Source of the DNA: an uncultured cyanobacterium
GTDB lineage: Bacteria; Cyanobacteriota; Cyanobacteriia; Cyanobacteriales; Cyanobacteriaceae
Length of the DNA: 64,000 bases
Direction of reading: 5' to 3'
Assembly (NCBI GenBank): GCA_963710605.1
Contig: CAVQBA010000007.1
Location: 384,001-448,000 of the forward strand
Shown here: one piece after another, positions 11,167-21,380 of the stretch
Layout: each line of letters begins with the position of its first letter
Position numbering within the stretch: the stretch's first letter is position 1
Translations under genes and position numbers: made by a program
Notes under the pieces: model-generated
What the model was told of the DNA's origin: nothing
The model's input: the letters and a program-made list of their open reading frames with translations, nothing else
Database searches by the model: none

Positions 11167-12927
11167 ATGAAAGATAAATCTGATTACCGCAAAATAGGCT
11201 TAGTTGGTGAAGGACAGTTCGGTAAAGTTTATAATGCTATTCATCGTTATACAGGAGAATTAGTTGCACTTAAACAATTAAATCCGCAAAATATCTCCAC
11301 TAAAAAATTTCTTAATGAAATACATATTTTACTCACTTTACAACATCCTAATATTGTCCAGTATTATGGTATTGAACATGAAGAAGACAAAAGATATTTA
11401 GTCACTGAATATTGTGAAGGTGGTACATTAAGAGACTTATTAAATAGCGATCGTATTTTGAGTATCGAGTATAAACTAAAAATAATACTAGATATTTTAG
11501 ATGGTTTAAATTATATCCATAGCGAAAATATTATTCATCGAGACTTAAAACCCGAAAATATATTACTCTGCGTCAATACACAAGGATGGGTTGCCAAAAT
11601 ATCTGATTTTGGGGTTGCCAAAATAAAAGCAAAATCAACCAATTTAGACTCTAATACAATAGGCGATACTGGCTCACCTGCTTACATGGCACCAGAGCAA
11701 TTTTACGGTAAATATTCTCCTTCTTCAGATATTTATTCGATGGGTATCATTTTATTTGAATTACTATTTAACCGTCGCCCTTTTTTAGGTAGCCCGATGG
11801 ATATAATGACTGGGCATTTAAACCAAACTCCTCATATCCGTGACAGTTTACTCCCTAGTTTAAAAGATATTTTAGTTAAAACTTTAGCTAAGTTACCAAG
11901 TAATCGTTTTCGTACCGCCGAATATATGAGAAGAGAAATTTTGCGGGCTACTTTAAGTTTACCGAATATTCGTAATTCTTTTTACGTTCAAATACCCGAT
12001 AAATTCATAAATTACGATTTACTTAGTAGTGAAATAATTGATAACGAAATTTGCTTTTTAGCTGTTAATAACTATTGTCTTTATCAGGCGAGTAAAAATA
12101 ATTTGACTGTTGATTTATATTATTTTGAACCTAAAACACAACAATACAAATTTAATCAAGAAGGGATTTATGGTTTTGCCCGTCAAATTATTGAACTACA
12201 ATTAATTGAGTTTGGTTGTCTTTTCATTACTCGTAGTTTGGCTGAAAAAAATAGTTATGCCATTTCTTCTTTTCAAGATGAATTAAATCATTTGATAGAG
12301 TGGAAAACAAATTATTTAACCTATGGTTGTAGTTATAATTTAACTTGGTTAGCTATCAACAAAATAGTTATTTACGATGATAGTTTTCAATTAATTAATC
12401 TAGCTGATTCTAGTTTAATCAATACTCCGATTATTAACTTTATTCCCAAACAAATACTATGTTTAAATTCTAATCAAGGTGTAGCTATTTACACACAAAA
12501 AGATTTTAATCCTCAACATACTTATTTTCGGTTTTTTAATTCTCAAGGTGATTGGGATGATAGTTATATTATTCCTTTAAAAGTTAGTAAAGTTATTCAT
12601 CATCCTTTATTTCTTTATACTTTTTTAACTAGAGAAAAACAAACTAATAATCTTTTATTAATTAAGTTTTATCCGTACTCAATTTTACGTATTCCTTTAC
12701 ATTTTCGAGCTGATTTTTATGTTGTGACTCAAACAGGTTTTATTTGTGCGAGTGAAGATGGTGAAATTGCTTTTATCGATAATTTGGGTAATTATTTAGG
12801 ACAATTTAATCTTCAAGCTGATCTAATTGCGATCGCTTCTATAAATGCCGATGTATTTGTCGTCATTATTAATCGAAACGGTCAAAAAATACGTCAATTT
12901 TATCGTCAAAAACAGTATCTAGAGTGA
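11167..12927 (+). CDS. Hanks-type Ser/Thr protein kinase with soluble beta-rich C-terminal domain
   Basis: GEGQFG, VALK, HRDLKPEN, DFG, GSPAYMAPE; ATG at 11167 preferred over TTG 11119. Confidence 0.92.
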   Translation: MKDKSDYRKIGLVGEGQFGKVYNAIHRYTGELVALKQLNPQNISTKKFLNEIHILLTLQHPNIVQYYGIEHEEDKRYLVTEYCEGGTLRDLLNSDRILSIEYKLKIILDILDGLNYIHSENIIHRDLKPENILLCVNTQGWVAKISDFGVAKIKAKSTNLDSNTIGDTGSPAYMAPEQFYGKYSPSSDIYSMGIILFELLFNRRPFLGSPMDIMTGHLNQTPHIRDSLLPSLKDILVKTLAKLPSNRFRTAEYMRREILRATLSLPNIRNSFYVQIPDKFINYDLLSSEIIDNEICFLAVNNYCLYQASKNNLTVDLYYFEPKTQQYKFNQEGIYGFARQIIELQLIEFGCLFITRSLAEKNSYAISSFQDELNHLIEWKTNYLTYGCSYNLTWLAINKIVIYDDSFQLINLADSSLINTPIINFIPKQILCLNSNQGVAIYTQKDFNPQHTYFRFFNSQGDWDDSYIIPLKVSKVIHHPLFLYTFLTREKQTNNLLLIKFYPYSILRIPLHFRADFYVVTQTGFICASEDGEIAFIDNLGNYLGQFNLQADLIAIASINADVFVVIINRNGQKIRQFYRQKQYLE

Positions 12928-12970
12928 ACAGATAACAGATGAATAATTATTAACTGTTAATTGTTGGTTG

Positions 12971-13099
12971 TTAATTTAACTCTCCATTCTTCCCCGTACC
13001 TTCACAAAAAACACAGGTTTCTTCTCGTTGTATTTCTCCTGTACAATCTCTAATTTCGACGTATCCTTTTCCTTCACAATGTCGGCAATTTTTATCCAT
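12971..13099 (-). CDS. 42-aa protein with two DnaJ-type CxxCxGxG zinc knuckles (not in ORF track)
   Basis: Translation MDKNCRHCEGKGYVEIRDCTGEIQREETCVFCEGTGKNGELN. Confidence 0.8.
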   Translation of the reverse strand: MDKNCRHCEGKGYVEIRDCTGEIQREETCVFCEGTGKNGELN

Positions 13100-13152
13100 T
13101 TTTTTAATGATTATAAATTAAGAAAGACTAAAGTCGGTGACTACAATACTTT

Positions 13153-13989
13153 TTACTTGACTGTTTGGCATTGAGGACAAAAATGACTTGAGCGTCCACC
13201 TATTTTGATTTTAGCGATCGCTTCGGAGCAAGTATAACAAGGCTCTCCTTTACGTCCATAAACTAACGCCATACCGCCATAATTACCGTTGACACCAGTT
13301 ATTTGTAAAAAATCACTAAAACTAGTACCACCTGCATCGATTGACTTTTGTAGCACTTGAATAATCGCTATACGTAACCTTTGAATTTCACTTAGATTGA
13401 GATTACAAGCGATCGTAGTTGGATGAATTTGACTAACAAATAAAGATTCATCGGCATAAATATTACCAACACCAGCAACCAAACTTTGATCTAATAAAAT
13501 ACTTTTAATCTGACGGCGACTTTTACTTAATTTTGTTTGTAAATAATCTACTGAAAAATTAGCGGAGAAAGGCTCAGGACCTAATTTTTGTAATCCTGTA
13601 ATAATATTTTCCGGCGGTAAAGATTGATCAATTAACCAACATTTGCCAAAAGTACGAGTATCAACAAACCGTAATTCTTGATCATCATCAAAAAATAAAC
13701 GAAAACGAGTATGTTTATGTAAAGGTACATCTGGCTTTAACCATAACAATTGCCCTGTCATCCTTAGATGAACACCAAACCAACCTTGAGACAATTGTGC
13801 TAAGAGATACTTACCTCGACGTTGCCAATTGATAATTCTTTTTCCTTGAATACGATCGACAAAATCAGCATCATTATCAGGATAAGCGATCGTTTTTGAT
13901 AATAATACATCACTGTGATTAATAACAAGTCCCGAGGTCACTTTGTTGAGACCCCGACACACTGTTTCTACTTCTGGTAATTCAGGCAC
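13153..13989 (-). CDS. mutM: formamidopyrimidine-DNA glycosylase
   Basis: N-terminal PELPEVE, RRGKYL, HLRMTG, GVGNIYADE, C-terminal zinc finger ending FCPQCQ. Confidence 0.97.
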   Translation of the reverse strand: MPELPEVETVCRGLNKVTSGLVINHSDVLLSKTIAYPDNDADFVDRIQGKRIINWQRRGKYLLAQLSQGWFGVHLRMTGQLLWLKPDVPLHKHTRFRLFFDDDQELRFVDTRTFGKCWLIDQSLPPENIITGLQKLGPEPFSANFSVDYLQTKLSKSRRQIKSILLDQSLVAGVGNIYADESLFVSQIHPTTIACNLNLSEIQRLRIAIIQVLQKSIDAGGTSFSDFLQITGVNGNYGGMALVYGRKGEPCYTCSEAIAKIKIGGRSSHFCPQCQTVK

Positions 13990-13998
13990 TATTTCTTC

Positions 13999-14370
13999 CT
14001 AACGAGGTTCTGTACCTTGATTAGGTGTACCTGGTTTACTGTCGTTTCTTCCTGCGGCTTCCGCATCAGCTTTGCCTCTACCATCGGCTCCCTCTTGAGC
14101 ACCGGTGGTACGAGTAGCGGGTGCAGTTCTTTTCTGTTTACCGCCTGGTACGCTACCAGAACCAATTACTTCAAGTTCGTTTTCAGCAAAATTATTGGTA
14201 TTAATACCACTTGCCGCTCCACTTATACCTGAGTAATTAACTTTTTCAAAACGGACAATTACAGGGTAAATAATACCGCTTTTGTCCACACTTGCGACTG
14301 TTCCTATATCTTTGTACCAATAGGACTCTTCACGCAAAATTCTAACTTTTGAACCACGTTGGATTGCCAT
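13999..14370 (-). CDS. psaE: photosystem I subunit IV PsaE with long C-terminal extension
   Basis: [15 protein letters not shown]...GTVASVD...[12 protein letters not shown]...NTNNF. Confidence 0.95.
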   Translation of the reverse strand: MAIQRGSKVRILREESYWYKDIGTVASVDKSGIIYPVIVRFEKVNYSGISGAASGINTNNFAENELEVIGSGSVPGGKQKRTAPATRTTGAQEGADGRGKADAEAAGRNDSKPGTPNQGTEPR

Positions 14371-14582
14371 AAGTTATCTTTTTTTTCCAAAATGACTATT
14401 ACATAAAAGATTACTACTTGTTTGTCGCTATCGCACTACTTTTTACTTTAAGATTTATTACAATTACTTTTTCAGCTCATATTTATTCTGTTTTACAAAT
14501 ACGATCGAAAATGCTTATTCTTCTTTAAAACAAAGATTTAGATAAATTAAATTATCGCAGTATCGCAGTATCGCAGTATCAA

Positions 14583-15395
14583 TTAACTCGGTATTTTGGC
14601 AAGTAAAGCCATCACTTGATTGCGGGTAAGTTTTGGTTTCCCTAAAACCATCACCTCTAAAGTAGCATGAGCCAGAGTTAAAGGTATTTGACAAAAATTT
14701 AAGGCAGGACCTTTAGGTAATGATTTAGTATAAGAATCAGCTAGACTTAGATTATAACGAGCATAATCAAACATATCTTCTAACTGCCAATGCTCAGGCA
14801 AGAAACTTACCCCCCGTAGTTTATCTTCTTTGTGATTACGTAAAATATTAACAGCTTGTAAACCTCTACCAAAACCGATCGCTTCTGCTCGACTTGTTTG
14901 TGTATTGTCGTACCAACCCCACAAATCTGAAAGAAGTAACCCGACTGCACCAGCTACACTAAATGTATATTGATTAAGTTCTGCTGTGGTCTCAATTTGC
15001 CAATTCTTTCTTGCCCAGTATGCCATTCTATCTGCCATTGAAGCTGTCGCATCCCAAACTCTTCCGGCGATGCTAGGAGGTGCAAGTAATGCCCAATCTG
15101 CTAGATGATAGCTAACCAATGGTAGTAAGTCTTTATATTCTTCTAAACTAGAGGTTAATTCTTCTTTAGTGGTTTTATTATCTATAGCTTGTAAAGATGA
15201 ACTCATTTTAGTAAGTATTTCGGTTTTGAGTCGATTATCAATGTTAGGATGATCTTCTACTTCATCGATCGCTCTCATACACAAATAAGCAGAGGTTACG
15301 GCTTCTTGTAATCCTTCGGGTAAGCCATTTATCGGGATGAAAAAAGTCCGACTAGTTTCTTTAAGTGTTTTTAAAGCAAATTTTTTTGCATTCAT
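14583..15395 (-). CDS. sqs: squalene synthase (phytoene/squalene synthase family)
   Basis: ETSRTFFIPI, SAYLCMRAIDEVEDH, YTFSVAGAVGLLLSDLW, GFGRGLQAVNILRN; resembles Synechocystis Sll0513 from memory. Confidence 0.85.
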   Translation of the reverse strand: MNAKKFALKTLKETSRTFFIPINGLPEGLQEAVTSAYLCMRAIDEVEDHPNIDNRLKTEILTKMSSSLQAIDNKTTKEELTSSLEEYKDLLPLVSYHLADWALLAPPSIAGRVWDATASMADRMAYWARKNWQIETTAELNQYTFSVAGAVGLLLSDLWGWYDNTQTSRAEAIGFGRGLQAVNILRNHKEDKLRGVSFLPEHWQLEDMFDYARYNLSLADSYTKSLPKGPALNFCQIPLTLAHATLEVMVLGKPKLTRNQVMALLAKIPS

Positions 15396-15836
15396 TAATT
15401 TTGAATCCTCACACCAGCAAAATTTTGACGATAGTTAATAATGTTTAGGTAAATATTAACTGAATCTTTGACTGATAAAAATTTTTTTTATCTTTTTGTT
15501 TTGAAGACATAACTCGATCGTTGTTAATTAATTTTGAATATAGTTTAATTATCTTACTTCTAATTTATTGATTTTATCCTCGCCTTAAATCTTCTTATTT
15601 CTCTTTGTTTTTTATCCTGATAACTATTAATTGATTTTTTATCCTTATAGCTATTTTTAATAATAGTTAAATACGACTAAAAATTATTTAAATTTAAACT
15701 AATTCTCTTCGGTTTATGTAATTTTTATTTAGTTTATCAAAAGATATTTAAAGTACTTTATAATTGAACACGATCGTTATCTATACAACAATAATAATTA
15801 ATTATTAAATAATTTCCTTTGCCAATATTTTGAAAT

Positions 15837-17357
15837 TTATTCGCTGGTTTGTAAACCAAAACATAAACGACCGATTACAGTTTCCTGATTATCATTTTGT
15901 AAAGTTTGTAATTTAAGACTTTTGAGTTTATTCATAAAAAGAGATAAATTTTGAGTTTTTGCACCATCTAAACTTCCAGAGCGGTTATCAAAACTCCAAT
16001 CACTCCACCAATCTAAACTGGTAATGTCGTTTAATAATAAATCAATTTCAAATAAATAAATTTGTGAGTTAGATAAACTATTTAAATCGATCGTGGTAGT
16101 AAAATCTAAAGTTTGAGCTTGATTGTTTATTTGTAAATCTTCAATAACTAAACCCCGTTGTAAACTATTACTAGAATTTACTTGAAAGTAAGTTTTTTCT
16201 TGAGGTATCTTAGGCATAGTTTGATTATTTTCCGCTTCTGATTGAGATTGAGATTGCTGTGGTGTTTGATTATTTTCTTGAAAGGTAAATAGTTTTTTTT
16301 GAGTTGTTAAATTACCATCATTAATTAATAAAGAATATTCTTCTAAATCTTTTTTAGGTAAAAAAGAAACGCTATAATCTATCTGCGGTTGTGGTTCATT
16401 TTCATCGACTATTTCTAATAATTCATAAGGCTCACTTTTATCATTAACTCTAGTTACCACCACTTGATTATCTTCTAAAGCAGAAAATCTTTGTAATTGA
16501 TTATTTTCAGGTAAAGTGGCGTTATTTTTACGCTCAGTGAGAGTACCAAGAGTAATCGGATTAATTAAACTATTACGGGTAGGTAAAATGAACATTTTGT
16601 CATTTCCCTGAATTTGATTATCTAACTTCTTAAACTCATCAAAATAGTTAGCTATATCTTGGTATTTACCAATAAACAAAACATAAAAAGGACGATAACT
16701 ATCTACTTGTTTGCCATCGGTATTATAAGTAAATTTGACTTTACCAGTATTAGGATTATAAATATTACCTTGAAACTCACTTTTCACAGCCCAAATACCA
16801 ACAGTGTAATCATTATTTTCAGGTCGTTTATTCAGGTAATGTTGAGCTAAAACTTCTGATACTTTCCCGCCGTCGTCTCCTTCTAAATCAGTCACAATCA
16901 CCGTTATTTTGTTTTTACCATTACTAGGCGGTGTGATTGCTGATTGAATCGGACTAGATACAGATTTGTAGCTATCATCATTACTATCATAAAAAGCACG
17001 GCTTGTAGCGTCACGACGAAATTGATTACGAGTAAGGGGTTGCTCGTCTCCTATTCTTTGATATGTAACATTAACTTGATTAGTTTTAATAAATCCATTA
17101 GCAATTAGTTCTAATGTTCTCATGTAATTATTATTAGGTACGGTGACATAACCTAACATTGAATCACTGCCATCTACATTAATCGAGACATCCAGATTAG
17201 AGTTATTGTTATTGGTGATAGTTGTATTTTGTAATGATGGTAAATCACATGATAAAACTTCTTCTGGTTTTCTTGATTGGCAACTTGCAAGTAAAGACGA
17301 AGATAAAACAATCGAAGCTAGGAGATAATTTAACTTTTTATTGTCGATATAACCCAT
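15837..17357 (-). CDS. putative lipoprotein with vWA/MIDAS-like motifs
   Basis: Lipobox LASC after hydrophobic stretch; VDGSDSM (DxSxS) and VIVTDLE. Confidence 0.7.
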   Translation of the reverse strand: MGYIDNKKLNYLLASIVLSSSLLASCQSRKPEEVLSCDLPSLQNTTITNNNNSNLDVSINVDGSDSMLGYVTVPNNNYMRTLELIANGFIKTNQVNVTYQRIGDEQPLTRNQFRRDATSRAFYDSNDDSYKSVSSPIQSAITPPSNGKNKITVIVTDLEGDDGGKVSEVLAQHYLNKRPENNDYTVGIWAVKSEFQGNIYNPNTGKVKFTYNTDGKQVDSYRPFYVLFIGKYQDIANYFDEFKKLDNQIQGNDKMFILPTRNSLINPITLGTLTERKNNATLPENNQLQRFSALEDNQVVVTRVNDKSEPYELLEIVDENEPQPQIDYSVSFLPKKDLEEYSLLINDGNLTTQKKLFTFQENNQTPQQSQSQSEAENNQTMPKIPQEKTYFQVNSSNSLQRGLVIEDLQINNQAQTLDFTTTIDLNSLSNSQIYLFEIDLLLNDITSLDWWSDWSFDNRSGSLDGAKTQNLSLFMNKLKSLKLQTLQNDNQETVIGRLCFGLQTSE

Positions 17358-17459
17358 GAGTTAACTACAATTGTTTTAATTTTTGCGAATCTTTCCAAAT
17401 ATTGTAATTCATTCTGCTCTTGTGTGATGGAATTGATTAATTAGTCAATAAAGGGCAAA

Positions 17460-17727
17460 GGGCACTCGTGCAAAGACGGGGCTTACAAGGTGCGGAAATT
17501 TAATGGAGCACACAGCCCACAGGCTTTGGTAATTTTAGAAGTAGAGTGCCATCACTACCACCAAAATTAATAACGCCAATCAATGGAGTATCCCCCCATC
17601 CCACGGGACGTTGACAAGCATCTAAAATAAATTCAGATGACTGCCTCTTTCCAAGAGCGAAGGCAGGGCTGTTTCATTCAAAGGAAGAAGAAAATAGCTA
17701 TCTGCTCAAAATAAATAGCTATCTGCT
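17460..17727 (-). ncRNA. candidate structured non-coding RNA (~270 nt)
   Basis: GC-rich intergenic island with consecutive hairpins whose mismatches are G-U pairs on the minus strand; TATTGT -10-like box at 17739-17734; no ORF of credible length. Confidence 0.55.
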
Positions 17728-17837
17728 ATTACTACAATACGATCGATCGAGAGTGGTTATCTTGTCTTTTTACTCCTTACTCCTTACTCATTACTTAAGC
17801 CTTTCTGGGCTTTGGTAAATAAACTGATTGTGAGTTA

Positions 17838-18473
17838 CTATTTAACCGTGGCAATTAGTTTCTTCGCCCATTGATTAAGCTGATAACTATTCAGACGATA
17901 AGCTAAAGGATTAGCTACTAAATAGGCACTACTTTCAAATAAAACATCGATTTCGATTAAGCCATTTTCTCTGAGTGTTTTGCCTGTAGAAACCAAATCA
18001 ACAATCGCTTCAGACATCCCTGTAATTGGTCCTAATTCTACCGAACCAGATAGCTTGACTATCTCCACAGGTAAATCCAGAGAGCGAAAATGCTCTTTAG
18101 CACAATTAACGAATTTGGAGGCAACTATACCATGGGCGGGTAACTCAACTGAATTACGATAAGGGCTAACTTCGGGTACGGCTACAGATAAACGACAATA
18201 ACCAAAACCGAGATTAGCAATTTGAGCAACATCAGCTTTTTTTTCTCGTAGTACATCATAACCGACAATTCCTAAATGTGCTTGACCGTATTCGACATAT
18301 ACAGGTACATCTTGAGCCCTTACGAGTAAAGCTTTCGCCTGTTTTGTGGGATCTTCTATTTGCAGTTGACGGTTACTATCACTGAGAAATAAACTAAAAT
18401 CAAGTCCTATTTCTTGGCATAATGCGATACTTTGTTTTAATAATGCCCCTTTAGGTAATGCGATCGTTAACAT
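17838..18473 (-). CDS. hisG: ATP phosphoribosyltransferase, short form (HisZ-dependent)
   Basis: [45 protein letters not shown]; 211 aa. Confidence 0.97.
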   Translation of the reverse strand: MLTIALPKGALLKQSIALCQEIGLDFSLFLSDSNRQLQIEDPTKQAKALLVRAQDVPVYVEYGQAHLGIVGYDVLREKKADVAQIANLGFGYCRLSVAVPEVSPYRNSVELPAHGIVASKFVNCAKEHFRSLDLPVEIVKLSGSVELGPITGMSEAIVDLVSTGKTLRENGLIEIDVLFESSAYLVANPLAYRLNSYQLNQWAKKLIATVK

Positions 18474-18574
18474 AAAAATTTATTTTAAATCTAAAAAATA
18501 GTATTGATTAATTAATTCAAAAAGAGATCATCCTCTAGTTGCTAAAATAAAAGTATCTCCTATTTATGTTATAA

Positions 18575-19303
18575 ATGAAAATTCTCTTGGTAGAAGATGA
18601 AAAAGAATTAGCTCTCACTTTACAAAGTATCCTCAATCACGAAGGTTATCAAGTAGAAATTTGTCATGATGGAGACAAGGCGATACAACTTATTCAACAA
18701 ACAGATTATCATTTATTGATCCTTGATTGGATGTTACCTTGTAAAAATGGTTTGGAAATTTGTCAATTTGTCCGATCGATTAACGATCAAGATAAAATTA
18801 AATTATCGGCAAATACACCTGTTTTGTTTTTAACTGCTAAAGATACTCTAGACGATCGAGTTTTGGGTTTAGATGCAGGTGCAGACGACTATTTAGTTAA
18901 ACCATTCGAGTTAAGAGAATTACTCGCTAGAGTCAGGGCGTTATTAAGAAGAGTCACAAACAACAACCAGAAAGAAAATACACCTCAGCCATCAAAACTA
19001 AAGATAGAAGATTTAGAATTAGAAATAGATAATCAAATCGCTTATCGTAATGGTAGATTGATTAAATTATCGGAAAAAGAAGTTAAACTACTACAATTTT
19101 TGATCGAGCATCCTTATCAATTAGTTAGCCAAGAAGATATTTATGACTATCTTTGGACAGCAGAAGAAGCCCCTAGTAGTAATGTAGTCGCCGCATTAGT
19201 TAGATTACTCAGACGCAAAATAGAACAAAAATCAGAACCATCACTGATACAAACTGTTTATGGTAAAGGATATTGGTTTGGTTTAGAAAAAAATGATAAA
19301 TAG
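18575..19303 (+). CDS. OmpR-family response regulator (RppA/NrsR-like), no adjacent kinase
   Basis: ILLVEDE, LDWMLP, FLTAKD, GADDYLVKPF, SNVVAALVRLLRRKI, TVYGKGY. Confidence 0.93.
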   Translation: MKILLVEDEKELALTLQSILNHEGYQVEICHDGDKAIQLIQQTDYHLLILDWMLPCKNGLEICQFVRSINDQDKIKLSANTPVLFLTAKDTLDDRVLGLDAGADDYLVKPFELRELLARVRALLRRVTNNNQKENTPQPSKLKIEDLELEIDNQIAYRNGRLIKLSEKEVKLLQFLIEHPYQLVSQEDIYDYLWTAEEAPSSNVVAALVRLLRRKIEQKSEPSLIQTVYGKGYWFGLEKNDK

Positions 19304-19406
19304 AAGAGTGCTAAAAAATCTCGGTGACAGTCAAAATAACGTCTTAAACGTATCAACTGTACAACCGAGAAGTTGAAGACTTTGGATTTGGTCTTAAATA
19401 AATAAA

Positions 19407-19486
19407 TGGGCGGAGAGAGACTCGAACTCTCACGATTTCTCGCCACATTTTGAGTGTGGTGCGTCTACCAATTCCGCCATCCGCCC
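19407..19486 (-). tRNA. trnL: tRNA-Leu(CAA)
   Basis: GGGCGGATGGCGGAATTGGTAGACGC-A-CCACA-CTCAAAA-TGTGG-CGAGAAATCGT-GAGAGTTCGAGTCTC-TCCGCCCA: acceptor stem, D loop, CAA anticodon, variable arm, TTCGA loop; CCA not encoded. Confidence 0.97.
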
Positions 19487-20331
19487 AGATTGGTCTTTTC
19501 ATTATTATAACCAACTTTACCTGTAGAGATCAACTTATCGTAATTAGGAGACGTTGCCCATTTTTCGATTTCTTTAGCTCGAAGAATTGGTACAGGATGA
19601 CTTAGCCCAGCAGTTTGATTTTCTTGGAGTAGTTTACCTAACTCTGTATCACCCATTGTTTTATAGTCTTTTACTTGTTCCATAAAAGCGGATAAATTTA
19701 GTTGATTCGCAATAGTAGGTGAGCCACCTGTTAGTTTCATCAACACAGACATAACTATCTCAGGTTTTTGTACCACTAGTAAAGCCGATCGATCGCAACT
19801 AAACTCGGCGCAACGTACCCATTGTAATAATTGAGTTTGCAATGATTGTGCAACGACTCCTCCCCATGTAGGTATCAATCCTGCGGCTAATACCATAATA
19901 TTCACCATTGACAAATAGACACCATGCTCACATTTAAGATGTCCTAACTCATGAGCTATCACTGCTTGTATTTCGTCTTCGTTGAGTAATTCCAATAAAG
20001 AAGTATGAATAACAATAAACGGCTTTTTACCTCTAATGGCTAAAGTATAAGCATTCGGAACAGGATTTTGTTGGATATATAGTTGTGGTACTTCTATATC
20101 TAATATTTTACAAGCATCCACTAACAAACGATGTAAATCTGGTAGTTGTTTTTCACTAATTAAAATACTTGAGGCGATGTTATTTAGATAAAAAAAGTCT
20201 TCCGCTACCGAACCTAAAACACCTCTAATCGCTAAGTCAAAACCTGGTATTTGTTTTAAACGATTTGTGGCTTCTAAGTCTAGAGGATGGCGGAAATAAT
20301 CGGCTTTAAGCCCTGTTAATCTTACAGTCAT
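19465..20331 (-). CDS. M48-family zinc metallopeptidase
   Basis: PNAYT, AVIAHELGHLK (HExxH), RCAEFSCDR, SHPVP; last 22 nt overlap the tRNA. Confidence 0.93.
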   Translation of the reverse strand: MTVRLTGLKADYFRHPLDLEATNRLKQIPGFDLAIRGVLGSVAEDFFYLNNIASSILISEKQLPDLHRLLVDACKILDIEVPQLYIQQNPVPNAYTLAIRGKKPFIVIHTSLLELLNEDEIQAVIAHELGHLKCEHGVYLSMVNIMVLAAGLIPTWGGVVAQSLQTQLLQWVRCAEFSCDRSALLVVQKPEIVMSVLMKLTGGSPTIANQLNLSAFMEQVKDYKTMGDTELGKLLQENQTAGLSHPVPILRAKEIEKWATSPNYDKLISTGKVGYNNEKTNLGGWRNW

Positions 20332-20881
20332 AAGTTGAAATTAATGATTATTCTCCTTCTATTGTAACAAGCAAAAACAGACAATTGACAATCGATCGTA
20401 TCATTCAATAATTAATTATTTTTTAAATTTAACGATCGCTTTATAAAAATTAATAATAAAGTTAATAAAACAATCAATAAACAATATTTTACTCATTAAA
20501 TAATAGATGGTATATATGTTTAAAATTAAGAAAATATTAATAATAGTAAAAAAGAGATAAATTTAGTTTAAGCTAGTTTGTTTTTGTTTTTAAATCAAAT
20601 AGAAGAAAGCTATTTTACGGATTAACAAGGTAAACAGCATCTTAATCAATTTAATTACTGATTTTTTAAACTAGCAAAAAGAAAGAAAAAATAAAGATGT
20701 TTATTATGGTTTATAACCGTACTTCAAAAAAATAACTTTTATGTAATCATATATAGTAAACATTTGTAAAATTTATTTGTTATGTATGGCGATTCCGCTT
20801 TTGTTTACATTAACGTAGTTGTACAGATGTCAATAGAACAAACAAACAAACAAACAAAACAATTAAAAGGATAAAAAATTA

Positions 20882-21217
20882 ATGCGTATGCACCGTACAT
20901 CAACAACCCAAATGGAAGTTACTAGTATTCGTCTTGAGAAAAATCTTAAAGATAGCTTAAAAGGTTTATCTGGTAGTCAAGGGTATCAAACTCTGATTCG
21001 AGACATTTTATGGAATTATGTACAACAAAAATCAGGTGAGTATCGCCCTAATTTTTCTAAAACAGATATCCGTGCAACAATGCCTGGCATAGCTCGAAAA
21101 GATGAAAGTTGTGTAATTACAGGTAAGTTGATTCCTGAAGGAGAAGAAATGTTATTGGCTTTAACTGTTCATGGTGATTTTGTACCAGTTAGTTTAGATG
21201 CACTAACAAGTGATTAA
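20882..21217 (+). CDS. ribbon-helix-helix (CopG-like) domain protein
   Basis: MEVTSIRLEK...GYQTLIRDILWNYV. Confidence 0.8.
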   Translation: MRMHRTSTTQMEVTSIRLEKNLKDSLKGLSGSQGYQTLIRDILWNYVQQKSGEYRPNFSKTDIRATMPGIARKDESCVITGKLIPEGEEMLLALTVHGDFVPVSLDALTSD

Positions 21218-21380
21218 CAGACAAAAAAAATACTAGTGATACTAGTAATATTTCAAATATAATTTATAGCTAAATATCTGTTAAATTTAAATGGGCGATG
21301 ATACGAAATCTTTTCATCTTAACTTTCCCTTAAGAAGAATTCGATCGTATTGTTGTCCACAAATTATTATTTGACAGCGA

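Noticed and set aside
15570-15650. Three TTTTATCCT copies upstream of squalene synthase as an operator
   Set aside because: Irregular spacing in very AT-rich DNA; could be chance
17460-17727. Identification as 6S RNA, tmRNA, RNase P RNA or a riboswitch
   Set aside because: Lacks the terminal and core motifs I can recall for those families; left as an unnamed candidate
19258-19446. 62-aa ORF on - strand
   Set aside because: Starts inside the tRNA-Leu gene and overlaps the response regulator 3' end
19407-19486. tRNA as prophage or island attachment site
   Set aside because: No integrase and no duplicated tRNA 3' end seen in the window
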